Shown here one piece after another: positions 1-13,967 of a stretch of DNA of 64,000 nucleotides. Source of the DNA: Haliotis rubra (Eukaryota); assembly GCF_003918875.1 (NCBI RefSeq), contig NW_025767538.1, positions 186,001 to 250,000 of the forward strand. The letters run 5' to 3'. Both the position numbers and the translations under genes were made by a program. The notes under the pieces were generated by a model. It saw only the letters and a program-made list of their open reading frames with translations, did no database searches and was not told the DNA's origin. Within the stretch, counting starts at the first letter, position 1. Every line of letters starts with the position of its first letter.

Positions 1-560
1 TAGACCATGTGGACTGAGGGATTATAGACCATGTCGACTGAGGGATTATAGACCATGTCGACTGAGGGATTATAGACCATGTCGACTGAGGGATTGTAGA
101 CCATGTCGACTGAGGGATTATAGACCATGTCGACTGAGGGATTATAGCGACTGAGGGATTGTAGACCATGTCGACTGAGGGATTGTAGACCATGCAGACT
201 AAAGGATTATAGACCATGTCGACTGAGGGATTATAGACCATGCAGACTGAGGGATTATAGACCATGCAGACTGAGGGATTGTAGACCATGTCGACTGAGG
301 GATTATAGACCATGCAGACTGAGGGATTATAGACCATGTCGACTGAGGGATTGTAAACAATGTCGACTGAGGGATTATAGACCATGTTGACTGAGGGATT
401 GTAGACCATGCAGACTGAGGGATTGTAGACCATGTCGACTGAGGGATTGTAGACCATGTCGACTGAGGGATTGTAGACCATGTCGACTGAGGGATTGTAC
501 ACCATGCAGACTGAGGGATTGTAGACCATGTAGACTGAGGGATAATAGACCATGTCGACC
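1..560. repeat. 24-bp minisatellite (tagaccatgtcgactgagggatta)
   Basis: Tandem units, truncated at the window edge. Confidence 0.97.
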
Positions 561-1732
561 ATGGCTTGAAGGGAGGTCATACTATGATTAGCATATTGTG
601 TCACAGGACACCACACCAACATGTGCTTGAAGGGAGTTCATACTGTGATTAGCATATTGTGTCACAGGACACCACACCAACATGTGCTTGAAGGGAGATC
701 ATACTGTGATTAGCATATTGTGTCACAGGACACCACACCAACATGTGCTTGAAGGGAGTTCATACTGTGATTAGCATATTGTGTCACAGGACACCACACC
801 AACATGTGCTTGAAGGGAGGTCATACTGTGATTAGCATATTGTGTCACCAGGACACCACACCAACATGTGCTTGAAGGGAGGTCATACTGTGATTAGCAT
901 ATTGTGTCACAGGACACCACACCAACATGTGCTTGAAGGGAGGTCATACTGTGATTAGCATATTGTGTCACAGGACACCACACCAACATGTGCTTGAAGG
1001 GAGGTCATACTGTGATTAGCTTATTGTGTCACAGGACACCACACCAACATGTGCTTGAAGGGAGGTCATACTGTGATTAGCATATTGTGTCACAGGACAC
1101 CACACCAACATGTGCTTGAAGGGAGGTCATACTGTGATTAGCTTATTGTGTCACAGGACACCACACCAACATGTGCTTGAAGGGAGGTCATACTGTGATT
1201 AGCTTATTGTGTCACAGGACACCACACCAACATGTGCTTGAAGGGAGGTCATACTGTGATTAGCTTATTGTGTCACAGGACACCACACAAACATGTGCTT
1301 GAAGGGAGTTCATACTATGTGATTAGCTTATTGTGTCACAGGACACCACACCAACATGTGCTTGAAGGGAGGTCATACTGTGATTAGCTTATTGTGTCAC
1401 AGGACACCACATCAACATGTGCTTAAAGGGAGGTCATACTGTGATTAGCTTATTGTTTCACAGGACACCACATCAACATGTGCTTGAAGGGAGGTCATAC
1501 TGTGATTAGCATATTGTGTCTCAGGACACCACACCAACATGTGCTTGAAGGGAGGTCATACTGTGATTAGCATATTGTGTCACAGGACACCACACCAACA
1601 TGTGCTTGAAGGGAGTTCATACTGTGATTAACATATTGTGTCACAGGACACCACACCAACATGTGCTTGAAGGGAGGTCATACGGTGAAAAGCATGGTGT
1701 CTTGTAGGACACCACACCAACATGTGCTTGAA
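561..1732. repeat. 61-bp minisatellite, about 19 copies
   Basis: catgtgcttgaagggaggtcatactgtgattagcatattgtgtcacaggacaccacaccaa. Confidence 0.97.
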
Positions 1733-1784
1733 CCTTTCCTAGTTAACTGTATACAACTGAGATTTATATGTATACTTCGACTTA

Positions 1785-1815
1785 AACTACAACCACGACT
1801 ACAACCACAACCACA

Positions 1816-1867
<52 letters not shown>

Positions 1868-1891
1868 TATTACTACTACTACTACTACTAC
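1785..1891. repeat. (ACC)n/(ACT)n microsatellite
   Basis: Visible trinucleotide run. Confidence 0.95.
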
Positions 1892-3554
1892 GTGTGTTTG
1901 AAAGGAGGTCTTAGCTTGATTCCAAGACCAGTCAGCATTCAGAATCGGCATAATGAACATGTGCATACAGCAGAAGATTTTTCCACAGTACCATTCTGGC
2001 CAAGTTGGTAAAACTCTGTCTCACCTACCTTCAGGCCTCAAGAGTTAAATAACCATCAGAAGTTGTACACCACGGAGAAATGTTTGTACTGACACCTAGA
2101 GCTGTATATATTGGTATGGCATGTCACTGTCACTCACTACTACTGTTACAAACAACTGTTACAAAAACATTCAAACAACTTTAAACACAGTGTCTGAAAT
2201 GAAGTGCAGTTAGTATGCCTTACTTTGCTGTGGAGCCCGACCGAGTGTCAGCGAGTCTGTGCTGCAGCTCACCAGCACACTGCTGGCATCAGTGATCCAA
2301 CTCAAGATGGATTAACCCTTAGTAGGGCCGCTCTACTCCTGCACTACCTCCACAGACTGATAGTAGGACTCAGCTTGATAAAGGTTGTCGAACACTATGT
2401 TTTGTGTCTGTTAATCCAGTTTCATGATGAATATCAATCAAATAGTGATAATGCGACCTAGACTGACACAGACACCGGACTAGGAGTCTCCTATAGCACT
2501 GGTAGCCTGACTCCAAGCTAGCCGTCAAAGTATGACAACTTATTACACCAGGGAGATAGGTATCTGTTATCACACACATAGCCATGAAGCCTGGAGCCCT
2601 GTTGTTGTATGTAACCCGGGGTCGTTTAGGGTCTGCCCAAGGTGCTGGAACAATAACGAGGCTTCTCTGACCAAACAACTTTATACAGTGCTGTAATGCA
2701 GATGCAGACTGGTTTGTGCTACCCTCAGTTCAGCAACAAGGCATACTGATCTTCACATGAGGAAACGTTAGCCCACTGTATCAGCCCGCTGTATCAAGTA
2801 AACCAGATGTGTGGACACCTTGATAATGTGCGGGTGATTTTGAAACAGCAATAATGCCTTTGCATGCCTGTCTTGACAAGCAATATATTCAATACACTGT
2901 GTTTTGATAAGTGGATTAAGATACTACTCTGCTGGGACTGAAACTGGAATATCCAATAAATTACAAAAAGTAACAAATAGGTGAACACACCAGTATTTTA
3001 TACTCCAAACAGAGTGGAGCCACGCTCTCTTCATGAACAAAGTCGTAACATAAATAAGTTTAGTTCTTGCAGAACAAGTTGCAAATGTCTTCAGAGCCAG
3101 ATCTGTACTGTGGTGTGGCAGGAGAAGAGTTAAGGAGAGCTGAGTCTGTGTCGCTATCACCAACATTACACTGCGACTAGGGGGAAGCCTCAGTCAACCA
3201 ACACAGGCCACATTTACTTTAGGTTTGTAGGTTGGGCGACAATCGGCAGGTCACAACTTGACCTTTGTGTTGCAAAAGAAACACTTGTTTTCCTGAAGGT
3301 TTATCACTTTGGCTTGTAATTGTTGATGAGTTTGTTTCCGGTAGCCAAGACATTCTGTGTGGGTTGGCCTGTTGGCCTGTTGGCCCGTTGGCCCGTTGTA
3401 ACAAAGTACTTGGGCTCACTAGCAGGATTTTTTGCTTGCAAAATAGACTGGATGAAGGAAAATATTCAGGTTATGTGTTTCTAAATATTTCCGATATATT
3501 TTGTGTAAAACATCTGCATTCATCTGTTCTTATATTAATAAACATAATGTGTCA

Positions 3555-5890
3555 TGTGTAGCAACAAAGATTATAATAGTGTGTGATATAAAGCAACAAA
3601 GATAATAGTATGTGATATATAGCAACAAAGATAACAGTGTGTGATATATAGCAACATAGATAACAGTGTGTGATATATAGCAACAAAGATAACAGTGTGA
3701 GATATATAGCAACAGACACAGAGACCATATATCGGTATATGGTCTCTGAACAGAGATAACAGTGTGTGATATATAGCAACAGAGATAACAGTGTGTGATA
3801 TATAGCAACAGATAACAGTGTGTGATATATAGCAACAGAGATAACAGTGTGTGATATATAGCAACAGAGATAACAGTGTGTGATATATATAGCAACAGTG
3901 AGATATATAGCAGAGATAACAGTGTGATATATATAGCAACAGAGATAACAGTGTGTGATATATAGCAACAGAGATAACAGTGTTTGATATATAGCAACAG
4001 AGATAACAGTGTGATATATAGCAACAGAGATAACAGTGTGTGATATATAGCAACAGAGATAACAGTGTGTGATATATAGCAACAGAGATAACAGTGTGTG
4101 ATATATAGCAACAGATAACAGTGTTTGATATATAGCAACAGGGATAACAGTGTGATATATAGCAACAGAGATAACAGTGTGATATATAGCAACAGAGATA
4201 ACAGTGTTTGATATATAGCAACAGAGATAACAGTGTGCGATATAAAGCAACAGAAATAACTGTGATACAGCAACAGAGATAACAGTATGTGATATATAGC
4301 AACAGAGATAACAGTGTTTGATATATAGCAACAGAGATAACAGTGTGTGATATAAAGCAACAGAAATAACTGTGATACAGCAACAGAGATAACAGTATGT
4401 GATATATAGCAACAGAGATAACAGTGTGTGATATATAGCAACAGAGATAACAGTGTGTGATATATAGCAACAGAGATAACAGTGTGTGATATATAGCAAC
4501 AGAGATAACAGTGTGTGATATATAGCAACAGAGATAACAGTGTGTGATATATAGCAACAGAGATAACAGTGTGTGATATATAGCAACAGAGATAACAGTG
4601 TGATATATAGCAACAGAGATAACAGTGTTTGATATATAGCAACAGAGATAACAGTGTGTGATATATAGCAGAGAACAGTGTGTGTGATACAGAGATAACA
4701 GTGTGTGATATATAGCAACAGAGATAACAGTGTGTGATATATAGCAACAGAGATAACAGTGTGTGATATATATAGCAACAGAGATAACAGTGTGATATAT
4801 AGCAACAGAGATAACAGTGTGTGATATATAGCAACAGAGATAACAGTATATATAGCAACAGAGATAACAGTGTGTGATATATAGCAACAGAGATATATAT
4901 AGCAACAGTAACAGTGTGATATATAGCAACAGAGATAACAGTGTTTGATATACAGCAACAGAGATAACAGTGTGATATATATAGCAACAGAAATAACTGT
5001 GTGATATATAGCAACAGAGATAACAGTGTGTGATATATAGCAACAGAGATAACAGTGTGATATATAGCAACAGAGATAACAGTGTGTGATATATAGCAAC
5101 AGAGATAACAGTGTGTGATATATAGCAACAGAGATAACAGTGTGTGATATATAGCAACAGAGATAACTGTGATATATAGCAACAGAGATAACAGTGTGTG
5201 ATATATAGCAACAGAGAGTGTGTGTGATAACAGTGTGTGATATATAGCAGCAACAGAGATAACAGTGTTTGATATATAGCAACAGAGATAACAGTGTGAT
5301 ATATAGCAACAGAGATAACAGTGTGTGATATATATAGCAACAGAGATAACAGTGTGATATATAGCAACAGAGATAACAGTGTGTGATATATAGCAACAGA
5401 GATAACAGTGTGTGATATATAGCAACAGAGATAACAGTGTGTGATATATAGCAACAGAGATAACTGTGTGATATATAGCAACAGAGATAACAGTGTGTGA
5501 TATATAGCAACAGAGATAACAGTGTGATATATAGCAACAGAGATAACAGTGTGATATATATAGCAACAGAGATAACAGTGTGATATATAGCAACAGAGAT
5601 AACAGTGTGTGATATATAGCAACAGAGATAACAGTGTGTGATATATAGCAACAGAGATAACAGTGTGATATATAGCAACAGAGATAACAGTGTGTGATAT
5701 ATAGCAACAGAGATAACTGTGTGATATATATAGCAACAGAGATAACAGTGTGATATATAGCAACAGAGATAACAGTGTGTGATATATAGCAACAGAGATA
5801 ACTGTGATATATAGCATCAGAGATAACAGTGTGATATATAGCAACAGAGGTAACAGTGTGTGATACTAGTATATGGCAACAGAGATAATT
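3555..5890. repeat. 27-29-bp minisatellite (gatatatagcaacagagataacagtgtgt)
   Basis: Tandem units; source of three spurious ORFs of about 740 aa. Confidence 0.97.
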
Positions 5891-6289
5891 GAGACATAGT
5901 CAGCCATGATGTTAATCAGACACTGTGATACACATAGAGGTGTGTAAATCCCTGCATATCTAACTGATGCTATTTTCAAATATTCATTGTATGAGAGGTT
6001 CATGGCTGGGAAGGCTAAAATCACGATGCTTCTCATTTCAATGAGTGCAGCTTTCTTGGTACGTGCAATGCAATGTTATGGCTGAATGAACACAGCGCAC
6101 CTCACTCGGAGGCTCTGACAAATTACAAAGAAAACAGGATTAACGTGGACGCTCTTTAATTTGGGCACATATGAAAATTTAGATAAATATTTTCCATAGT
6201 AAAACACATTTCTGTCAATCTAGTTGAATGTATTTAGCTAAGTTTCGCAAGGCAGATTTATTGGAATATCTAAACAGTGACATAAACTT

Positions 6290-7505
6290 ATAAACATTTT
6301 GTCTAACCCAATAGAAGCTTTTAATATATAATTTTTTAAACTGTAAATATTTAGGACAAATCAAGATAAAATGATACTCATCTTCAACAAAGATTTCTAA
6401 CTAGATCCAAATACAATTCAAAAGCAAAATTTTATTATAAATATTTGTAAAGAAATATTTTACCATTTGACTCTAAGTCTAAGTCAGATCTCCATTTCTG
6501 AATATAGATATCAATGAGACGTTGCTTAACAACTTTACCAAAATTATCAACATTACCAATTGGAAATTCCCCAACATGCCCAAAACCAAGTTCATACAAA
6601 ACATTTCAACACTATGTAACCATGATTTATAACATTATTTAGACCATTTAAACATAAACCATAAACAACCCTCTGTATACAGTTTTCACTGTGTAACAAC
6701 TTATACCAATAACGTAAGACACAGATATACCTTTTTATATATAAAGGGTACCTCCCTAGTTCGCTGTATGCAGCAATTATAGATGATTTGACATTAATCT
6801 TCAAAAAACGCCTACAAAAGAAACGCCTGTGTAAGAAAGCACTATATTTCCTCCGGTCGAATCTTCCATCCTTTTAGAAAAACCATAATTTTACTTTTGT
6901 CTACATTGACGTTAAGGCTCCAGTCCGTGCAGTAATTGGAAAGTGTATTAAGTGATAGCTGTAAACCTCCAGGTGATTCGGATATGAGCACCATGTCGGC
7001 AAATAGAAGTATAAGAAGGTTAATATAGTCAAGCAGCAATCCGCGTCAATATTTTCCTGTAGTGCTACTTCAGTATCTTCAAGATATTGGGAGAAAAGAA
7101 TCGGTGACATTACTTCCCCTTGTTAATACCCAGGGAGCATAGACAGAAGCCAGATAACTCACCATTGTGTTTAACACAAGATTTCACAGTCATACATAGA
7201 CCCGATAATTTTCCATAGTCTACCTCTGATGCCCACCAGATTTAACTTTAGAAATAGACTGTCACGATTAACAGAGTCAAATGCTTTGGCTAGATCAACA
7301 AGCAACAATAGAATTTCTTCTTTTCTTGGGTGTACATAGAACTCAGGTTGTGTACTATAAATACAGCGTCCACGGTAGAGTAACCAGCTCTGAAAGCAAA
7401 CTGAGCATCAGAGATAATGTTGTATTTTCCAGACCATGAAACAAGTCTCGCTGTTAATACCGAGGTAGAGTTTTGAAAAGCAGCTGTTTATGGTGATTCC
7501 CCTGA
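6290..7505 (-). mobile_element. Decayed non-LTR retrotransposon (CR1/L2-group) RT and C-terminal fragment
   Basis: Frameshifted peptides LLFADMVLISES..GLQ..L..L..YC..W.LNVNVDKSKIMVF and YSELGRYPL. Confidence 0.85.
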
Positions 7506-8325
7506 AACTACTTTCTTCTTAAAGTTCTAAACAAGCGAAGACGATATACACTCTACTATTACAATGTTTTGAAAAGAAATCTCTCTACTCCCGACATGGA
7601 TTATGCTTCCCGGCAACACATCTTTAGCTTTGGTGGTACTCCCTTGGAAATTAGCTCTCCCGGGAAATCCGAAACATACATTTTAGCCTTACCGGGGCAC
7701 CTGAAAAACAAATTTTAGCCTTTCCGGCACAACACCGTATGAAAAATATATCCCTAAATATAAAGAAAATTGTATATTTGTACAAATATGTTTTCTTATG
7801 GTGCAAAAATTCCCCCAAAATCCACATTAATAGGAGCACTTCATGTATATTTGTTCTTATCTTAACCTACACATTATGTCATGTTTCTGGGCAGTTGGCT
7901 GCAACAAGCTGGATTGAAATCTTGTGTGTGTTCCTGTTTTGAGAAATACTCTAATACTGAACAGCCAGTGATTGTTGAAGGGTCAGTATTTGTTGACATG
8001 CCTGTGTTATTGATCTATAAATAGGACTTGTGTAAACATTGTGGAGAGTGCTGGCAGGTATTAGGCTGTTATGAAACAGCTGCTGACTTATCAGTTGAGG
8101 GGGTCCTGGTGGCTTCACCTGAAGGCCTCACCAGCCCAACTGTGGATGTTGTACCATCACATGGGTACATGCATTCAGGTACTTCAGTGTACAGTGTATA
8201 GTAGGGGTGAAACGGAATACCGCGATGTTAGGAGGACGGCAGTATTTTGCCTTTGGTTCGGTACACTATAATGCAATAAATAATGTTGGTATTTTCGGTT
8301 TTCGTATTGTCATTTTATTTTGATT

Positions 8326-8402
8326 CCCCACTGTACCACCTATACACACGTACCCCACTGTACCACCTATACACATGTACCCCACTGTACCACCTATACA
8401 CT
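8326..8402 (-). repeat. About 3 inverted copies of the 27-bp unit found at 9358-11445
   Basis: cccactgtaccacctatacacatgtac. Confidence 0.9.
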
Positions 8403-8459
8403 GCAGTGGGTAAAATCGTATCTTTCTTCTTGAACAGAGTCAGTAAAGATCGGTGACAA

Positions 8460-9357
8460 AATCTCAATACCATCATTGGTTCGCTATGGAGTGCCACAGG
8501 GTTCTGTTCTGGGACCCCTTCTCTTTAGCTTGTACATTCTACCAACTGGAGACATCGTGAGAAGTCATTCCCTAAAATTCCATCTCTACGCTGACAATAA
8601 TCAGTTGTATATTTCCATCAAACCATCAGAAGTTTCACAAGGAGTTCATAAGATCGAACGCTGCATAATGGATATCCGGGAATGGATGGCTGTCAACTAT
8701 TTTAAGTTGAATGACAGCAAGACTGAGTTCCTTGCCATAGGCTCACGGCAACAGCTGCAGAAGATGCCACCTTGAATCACACTCAAGACAGGAACTGAGG
8801 ATGTGAAGACCTCAGACTATTGCAACTCACTCTTTTGCAACACGGCATCTTCAACACTTTCTAAATTGCAGAAAATTCAAAACGCAGCAGCTCGATGTCT
8901 CTCGAACCCATCGCCATGACCATATATCGCCAGTTCTGAAATCCCTTCACTGGCTTCCAGTAAAGTACAGGATCTACTTCAAGATTCTGCTACTGACTCA
9001 TAACTGCCTCTACGATGACCAGTCCTGTGACTACCATCGCCAACTTGTACATCTGCATGTACCCGCCAGAGCTCTTAGATCAATAGATATGTTAAGACTA
9101 ACACAGCCAAGCACTAAAACATCCATGGATGATAGAGCCTTTTCTGTAGCAGCACCAGCTCTATGGAACAATCTTCCAGTCACCCTCAGACGAACTGAGT
9201 CCCACTCACTATTTAAGAACTTGCTCAAAACCTACTTCTTCAAGATGGCTTCTGAATAGAACTCTTTTCACACTTATTGTGTTTTAACGATGTATGCAGC
9301 GCCGTTGAGCATCTATGATGGAAACCAGGCGCTATACAAGCCAATTATTATTATTAT
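8460..9357 (+). mobile_element. Decayed L2/CR1-like LINE 3' fragment
   Basis: YGVPQGSVLGPLLFSLY, HLYAD..QLY, KLNDSKTEFL; (ATT)n tail. Confidence 0.9.
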
Positions 9358-11445
9358 TATGTGTATAGGTGGTACAGTGGGGTACTTGTTTATAGGCGGT
9401 ACAGTGGGGTACATGTGTATAGGCGGTACAGTGGGGTACATTTGTATAGGTGGTACACTGGGGTGCGTGCGTATAGGTAGTACAGTGGGGTACATGTGTA
9501 TAGGTGGTACAGTGGGATACATGTGTATCGGTGGTACAGTGGGGTACATGTGTATAGGTGGTACAGTGGGGTACATGAGTAAAGGCGGTACAGTGGGGTA
9601 CATGTGTATAGGTGGTACAGTGGGGTGCGTGTGTATAGGTGGTACAGTGGGGTACATGTGTATAGGTGGTACAGTTGAGTATGTGTTTATAGGCGGTACA
9701 TTTGGGTACATGTGTACAGGTGGTACAGTGGGGTACGTGTTTATAGGCTGTACAGTGGGGTACATGTGTATAGGTGGTACAGTGGGGTGCGTGTTTATAG
9801 GCGGTACAGTTATAGGTACATGTGTGTATAGGTGGTACAGTGGGAGTTTTATATTTATAGGCGGTACAGTGGGGTACATGTGTATAGGTGGTACAGTGGG
9901 GTACATGTTTATAGGTGATACAGTGGGGTACATGTGTATAGGCGGTACAGTGGGGTACATGTGTATAGGTGGTACAGTGGGGTACATGTGTATGGGTGGT
10001 ACAGTGGGGCGATGTGTATAGGCGGTACATGTGTATAGGCAGTACAGTGGGGTACATGTGTATAGGTGGTACAGTGGGGTATATCTGTATAGGTGGTACA
10101 GTAGGGTACATGTGTAAAGGTGGTACAGTGGAGTACATGTTTAAAGGTGGTACAGTGGGGTACATGTGTAAAGGTGGTACAGTGGGGTACATGTGTATAG
10201 GTGGTACAGTGGGGTACGATGTGTATAGGTGGTACAGTGGGGTACATGTGTATAGGTGGTACAGTGGGGTACATGTGTATAGGCAGTACAGTGGGGTACA
10301 TGTGTATAGGTGGTACAGTGGGGTACATGTGTATAGGTGGTACAGTGGGGTACATGAGTAAAGGCGGTACAGTGGGGTACATGTGTACAGGTGGTACAGT
10401 GGGGTGCGTGTTTATAAGTGATTACAGTGGGGTACATGTGTATAGGTGGTACAGTGGGGTGCGTGTTTATAGGCGGTACAGTTGGGTACATGTGTATAGG
10501 TGGTACAGTGGGGTACGTGTTTATAGGCGGTACAGTGGGGTACATGTGTGTAGGTGGTACATGTGTGTAGGTGGTACAGTGGGGTACATATTTATAGGTG
10601 ATACAGTGGGGTACATGTGTATAGGCGGTACAGTGGGGTACATGTGTATAGGTGGTACAGTGGGGTACATGTGTATGGGTGGTACAGTGGGGTACATGTG
10701 TATAGGCGGTACATGTGTATAGGCAGTACAGTGGGGTACATGTGTATAGGTGGTACAGTGGGGTATATCTGTATAGGTGGTACAGTACATGTTTAAAAGG
10801 TGGTACAGTGGGGTATATCTGTATAGGTGGTACAGTGGGGTACATGTGTAAAGGTGGTACAGTGGGGTACATGTTTAAAGGTGGTACAGTGGGGGTACAT
10901 GTGTAAAGGTGGTACAGTGGGAGATGCGATGTGTATAGGTGGTACAGTGGGGGTGCATGTGTATAGGTGGTACAGTGGGGGTACATGTGTATAGGTGGTA
11001 CAGTGGGGTACATGTGTATAGGTGGTACAGTGGGGTACATGTGTAAAGGTGTGGTACATTGGGGTACATGTGTATAAGAAGTGGGGTACATGTGTAAAAG
11101 TGGGGGTACATGTGTATAAATGACAGTGGGGTACATGTGTATAGGTGGTACAGTGAGGAATTACATTTGTATACAGTGGGGGTACATGTGTATAGAGCAG
11201 TGTATGGGGTGGTACAGTGGGGTACATGTGTAAAAGCTGGTACAGTGGGGTACATGTGTAAAGCTGGTACAGTGGGGTACATGTGTATAAGGTGGTTCAG
11301 TGGGGTACATGTGTATAGGTGGTACAGTGGGGTACATGTGTAAAGGTGGTACAGTGGGGTACATGTTTAAAGGTGGTACAGTGGGGTACATGTGTAAAGG
11401 TGGTACAGTGGGGTACATGTGTAAAGGTGGTACAGTGGGGTACAG
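9358..11445. repeat. 27-bp G-rich minisatellite (gtgtataggtggtacagtggggtacat)
   Basis: Tandem units. Confidence 0.97.
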
Positions 11446-12384
11446 AGGGTCATGTAGAAAGGTTACTAAGTGTGTACCTTAATTCATCAGGTATACAAAC
11501 TCAGGTACACAAGCTCCAAGGTTTGTGTTGTGATTAAAACAGTAATAGGGTGGTGGATATTTTACACCCTGCCTGTCTGGAGCTGTGTCCCTGTAGTTTA
11601 CTTGATGAGCCAAAAAATAATCATGGACTGAACTGAACATCTCTTAAAAAGCTATGTGGTTAACTTGGGCATGCTGACTTACTTGGTGATAAGGTGACGT
11701 GAAGAGCAGGTTGACACAGATGATAGCTGGAGATGGCACTAGTCTTTTAGTGCTGTGTGCAAAGTGTGGGGATGAGCAAAGGGTGGCGTGGAGAGTTAAG
11801 GGTGGTGTGGAAAGTTAAGGGTGGTGTGGAAAGTTGAGAGTGGGTTTCAGTACATTGATATGCAAAATATGATCAAAATATAATTTGAGAACATGCATGA
11901 ACAGGTATGACAGCCAGACAAGTTCAGGTCATTATATTGCACGATAGTTTCAGATCTGCTCTGGTTACAACAATAACAGAGAGGACTGAATTAAAACATG
12001 TTCCATTGAAAACATACTTCCTACAGTCTGCCTGAAAGCAATGTGTCCTGTGAAATATGGATTTGAAAAGATGTGAATGCGTCAAGGAATTGAGTGGGCA
12101 GGGGAACCTCTGCCTACTGCAATATTGTTATCTGTGATAGACACTGAATTTGACGTTGAGGTAGGGCATTCCATTCTTAGTAGAGAGCTTGCTCTAAGTC
12201 ATCAAGATTTTGTACAGGAGGATATATCTGGTATATTCTGTAACCAATAATGCCCCAAATATGCCCTGTGCAAAATCTGGCTTCCTTACTCACCATGATG
12301 TAGCTTGCCATGGTTGTGCTTTAAGACTGGCCTTGTGTTCAGAGAAGGATGATCGAAATGTGATATTACAGCACTAGGATGTCT

Positions 12385-13570
12385 ACATGTATGGGTGGTA
12401 CAGTGAGGTGCATGTGTACAGGTGGTACAGTGAGGTGCATGTGTACAGGTGGTACAGTGAGGTGCATGTGTACAGGTGGTACAGTGAGGTGCATGTGTAC
12501 AGGTGGTACAATGAGGTGCATGTGTACAGGTGGTACAGTGAGGTGCATGTGTACAGGTGGTACAGTGAGGTGCATGTGTACAGGTGGTACAGTGAGGTGC
12601 ATGTGTACAGGTGGTACAGTGAGGTGCATGTGTACAGGTGGTACAGTGAGGTGCATGTGTACAGGTGGTACAGTGAGGTGCATGTGTACAGGTGGTACAG
12701 TGAGGTGCATGTGTACAGGTGGTACAGTGAGGTGCATGTGTACAGGTGGTACAGTGAGGTGCATGTGTACAGGTGGTACAGTGAGGTGCATGTGTACAGG
12801 TGGTACAGTGGGGTGCATGTACAGGTGAGGGTGCATGAGTACAGGTGGTACAGTGAGTGCATGTGTACAGGTGGTACAATGGTGGGTGCATGTGTACAGA
12901 TGGTACAGTGCATGTGTACAGGTGGGTACAGTGGGGTATATGTGTGTGGGTGGTACAGTGAGGTGCATGTGTACAGATGGTGGTACAGTGAGGTGCATGT
13001 GTACAGGTGGTACAGTGAGGTGCATGTGTACAGGTGGTACAGTGAGGTGCATGTGTACAGGTGGTACAATTGGGTATATGTGTGTGGGTGGTACAGTGAG
13101 GTGCATGTGTACAGATGTGGTACAGTGGGGTATATGTGTACAGGTGGTACAGTGAGGTGCATGTGTACAGGTGGTACAGTGAGGTGCATGTGTACAGGTG
13201 GTACAGTGAGGTGCATGTGTACAGGTGGTACAATTGGGTATATGTGTACAGGTGGTACAGTGAGGTGCATGTGTACAGATGGTACAGTGGGGTATATGTG
13301 TACAGGTGGTACAGTGAGGTGCATGTGTACAGGTGGTACAATTGGGTATATGTGTATTAATAGGGTGGTACAGTGAGGTGCATGTGTACAGATGGTACAG
13401 TGGGGTATATGTGTGCAGGTGGTACAGTGAGGTGCATGTGTACAGTTGGTACAATTGGGTATATGTGTACAGGTGGTACAGTGAGGTGCATGTGTACAGG
13501 TGGTACAGTGGGGTATGTGTGTATGGGTGGTACAGTGAGGTGCATGGATACAGGTGGTACAATGGGGTAT
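12385..13570. repeat. 27-bp minisatellite variant (gtgtacaggtggtacagtgaggtgcat)
   Basis: Tandem units related to the previous array. Confidence 0.97.
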
Positions 13571-13574
13571 GGGT

Positions 13575-13955
13575 GTAGTGGAGAGTTAAGGGTGGAGTGG
13601 AGAGTTTGGAGAGTTAAGGGTGGTGTGGAGAATTAAGGGTGGTGTGGAGAGTTAAGGGTGGTGTGGAGAGTTTGGAGAGTTAAGGGTGGTGTGGAGAATT
13701 AAGGGTGGTGTGGAGAGTTAAGGGTGGTGTGGAGAGTTAAGGGTGGTGTGGAGAGTTTTAAGGGTGGTGTGGAAAGTTAAGGGTGGTGTGGAGAGTTTTA
13801 AGGGTGGTGTGGAAAGTTAAGTGTGGTGTGGAGAATTAAGGGTGGTGTGGAGAATTAAGGGTGGTGTGGAGAGTTAAGGGTGGTGTGGAGAATTAAGGGT
13901 GGTGTGGAGAGTTAAGGGTGGTGTGGAGAGTTTTAAGGGTGGTGTGGAGAGTTAA
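13575..13955. repeat. 19-bp minisatellite (gttaagggtggtgtggaga); 3 more copies at 11780-11840
   Basis: Tandem units. Confidence 0.95.
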
Positions 13956-13967
13956 GAATTTTGAAGT

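Noticed and set aside
2170-3430. Unique-looking segment with short ORFs, possibly a decayed DNA transposon
   Set aside because: No motif or termini I can support by eye; needs a tBLASTx/Dfam search.
3530-5844. Three overlapping 725-757-aa ORFs
   Set aside because: All three frames are open because of repeat composition; intronic minisatellite.
13575-13955. Telomere-like ttaaggg repeats
   Set aside because: The unit is a 19-mer, not TTAGGG.
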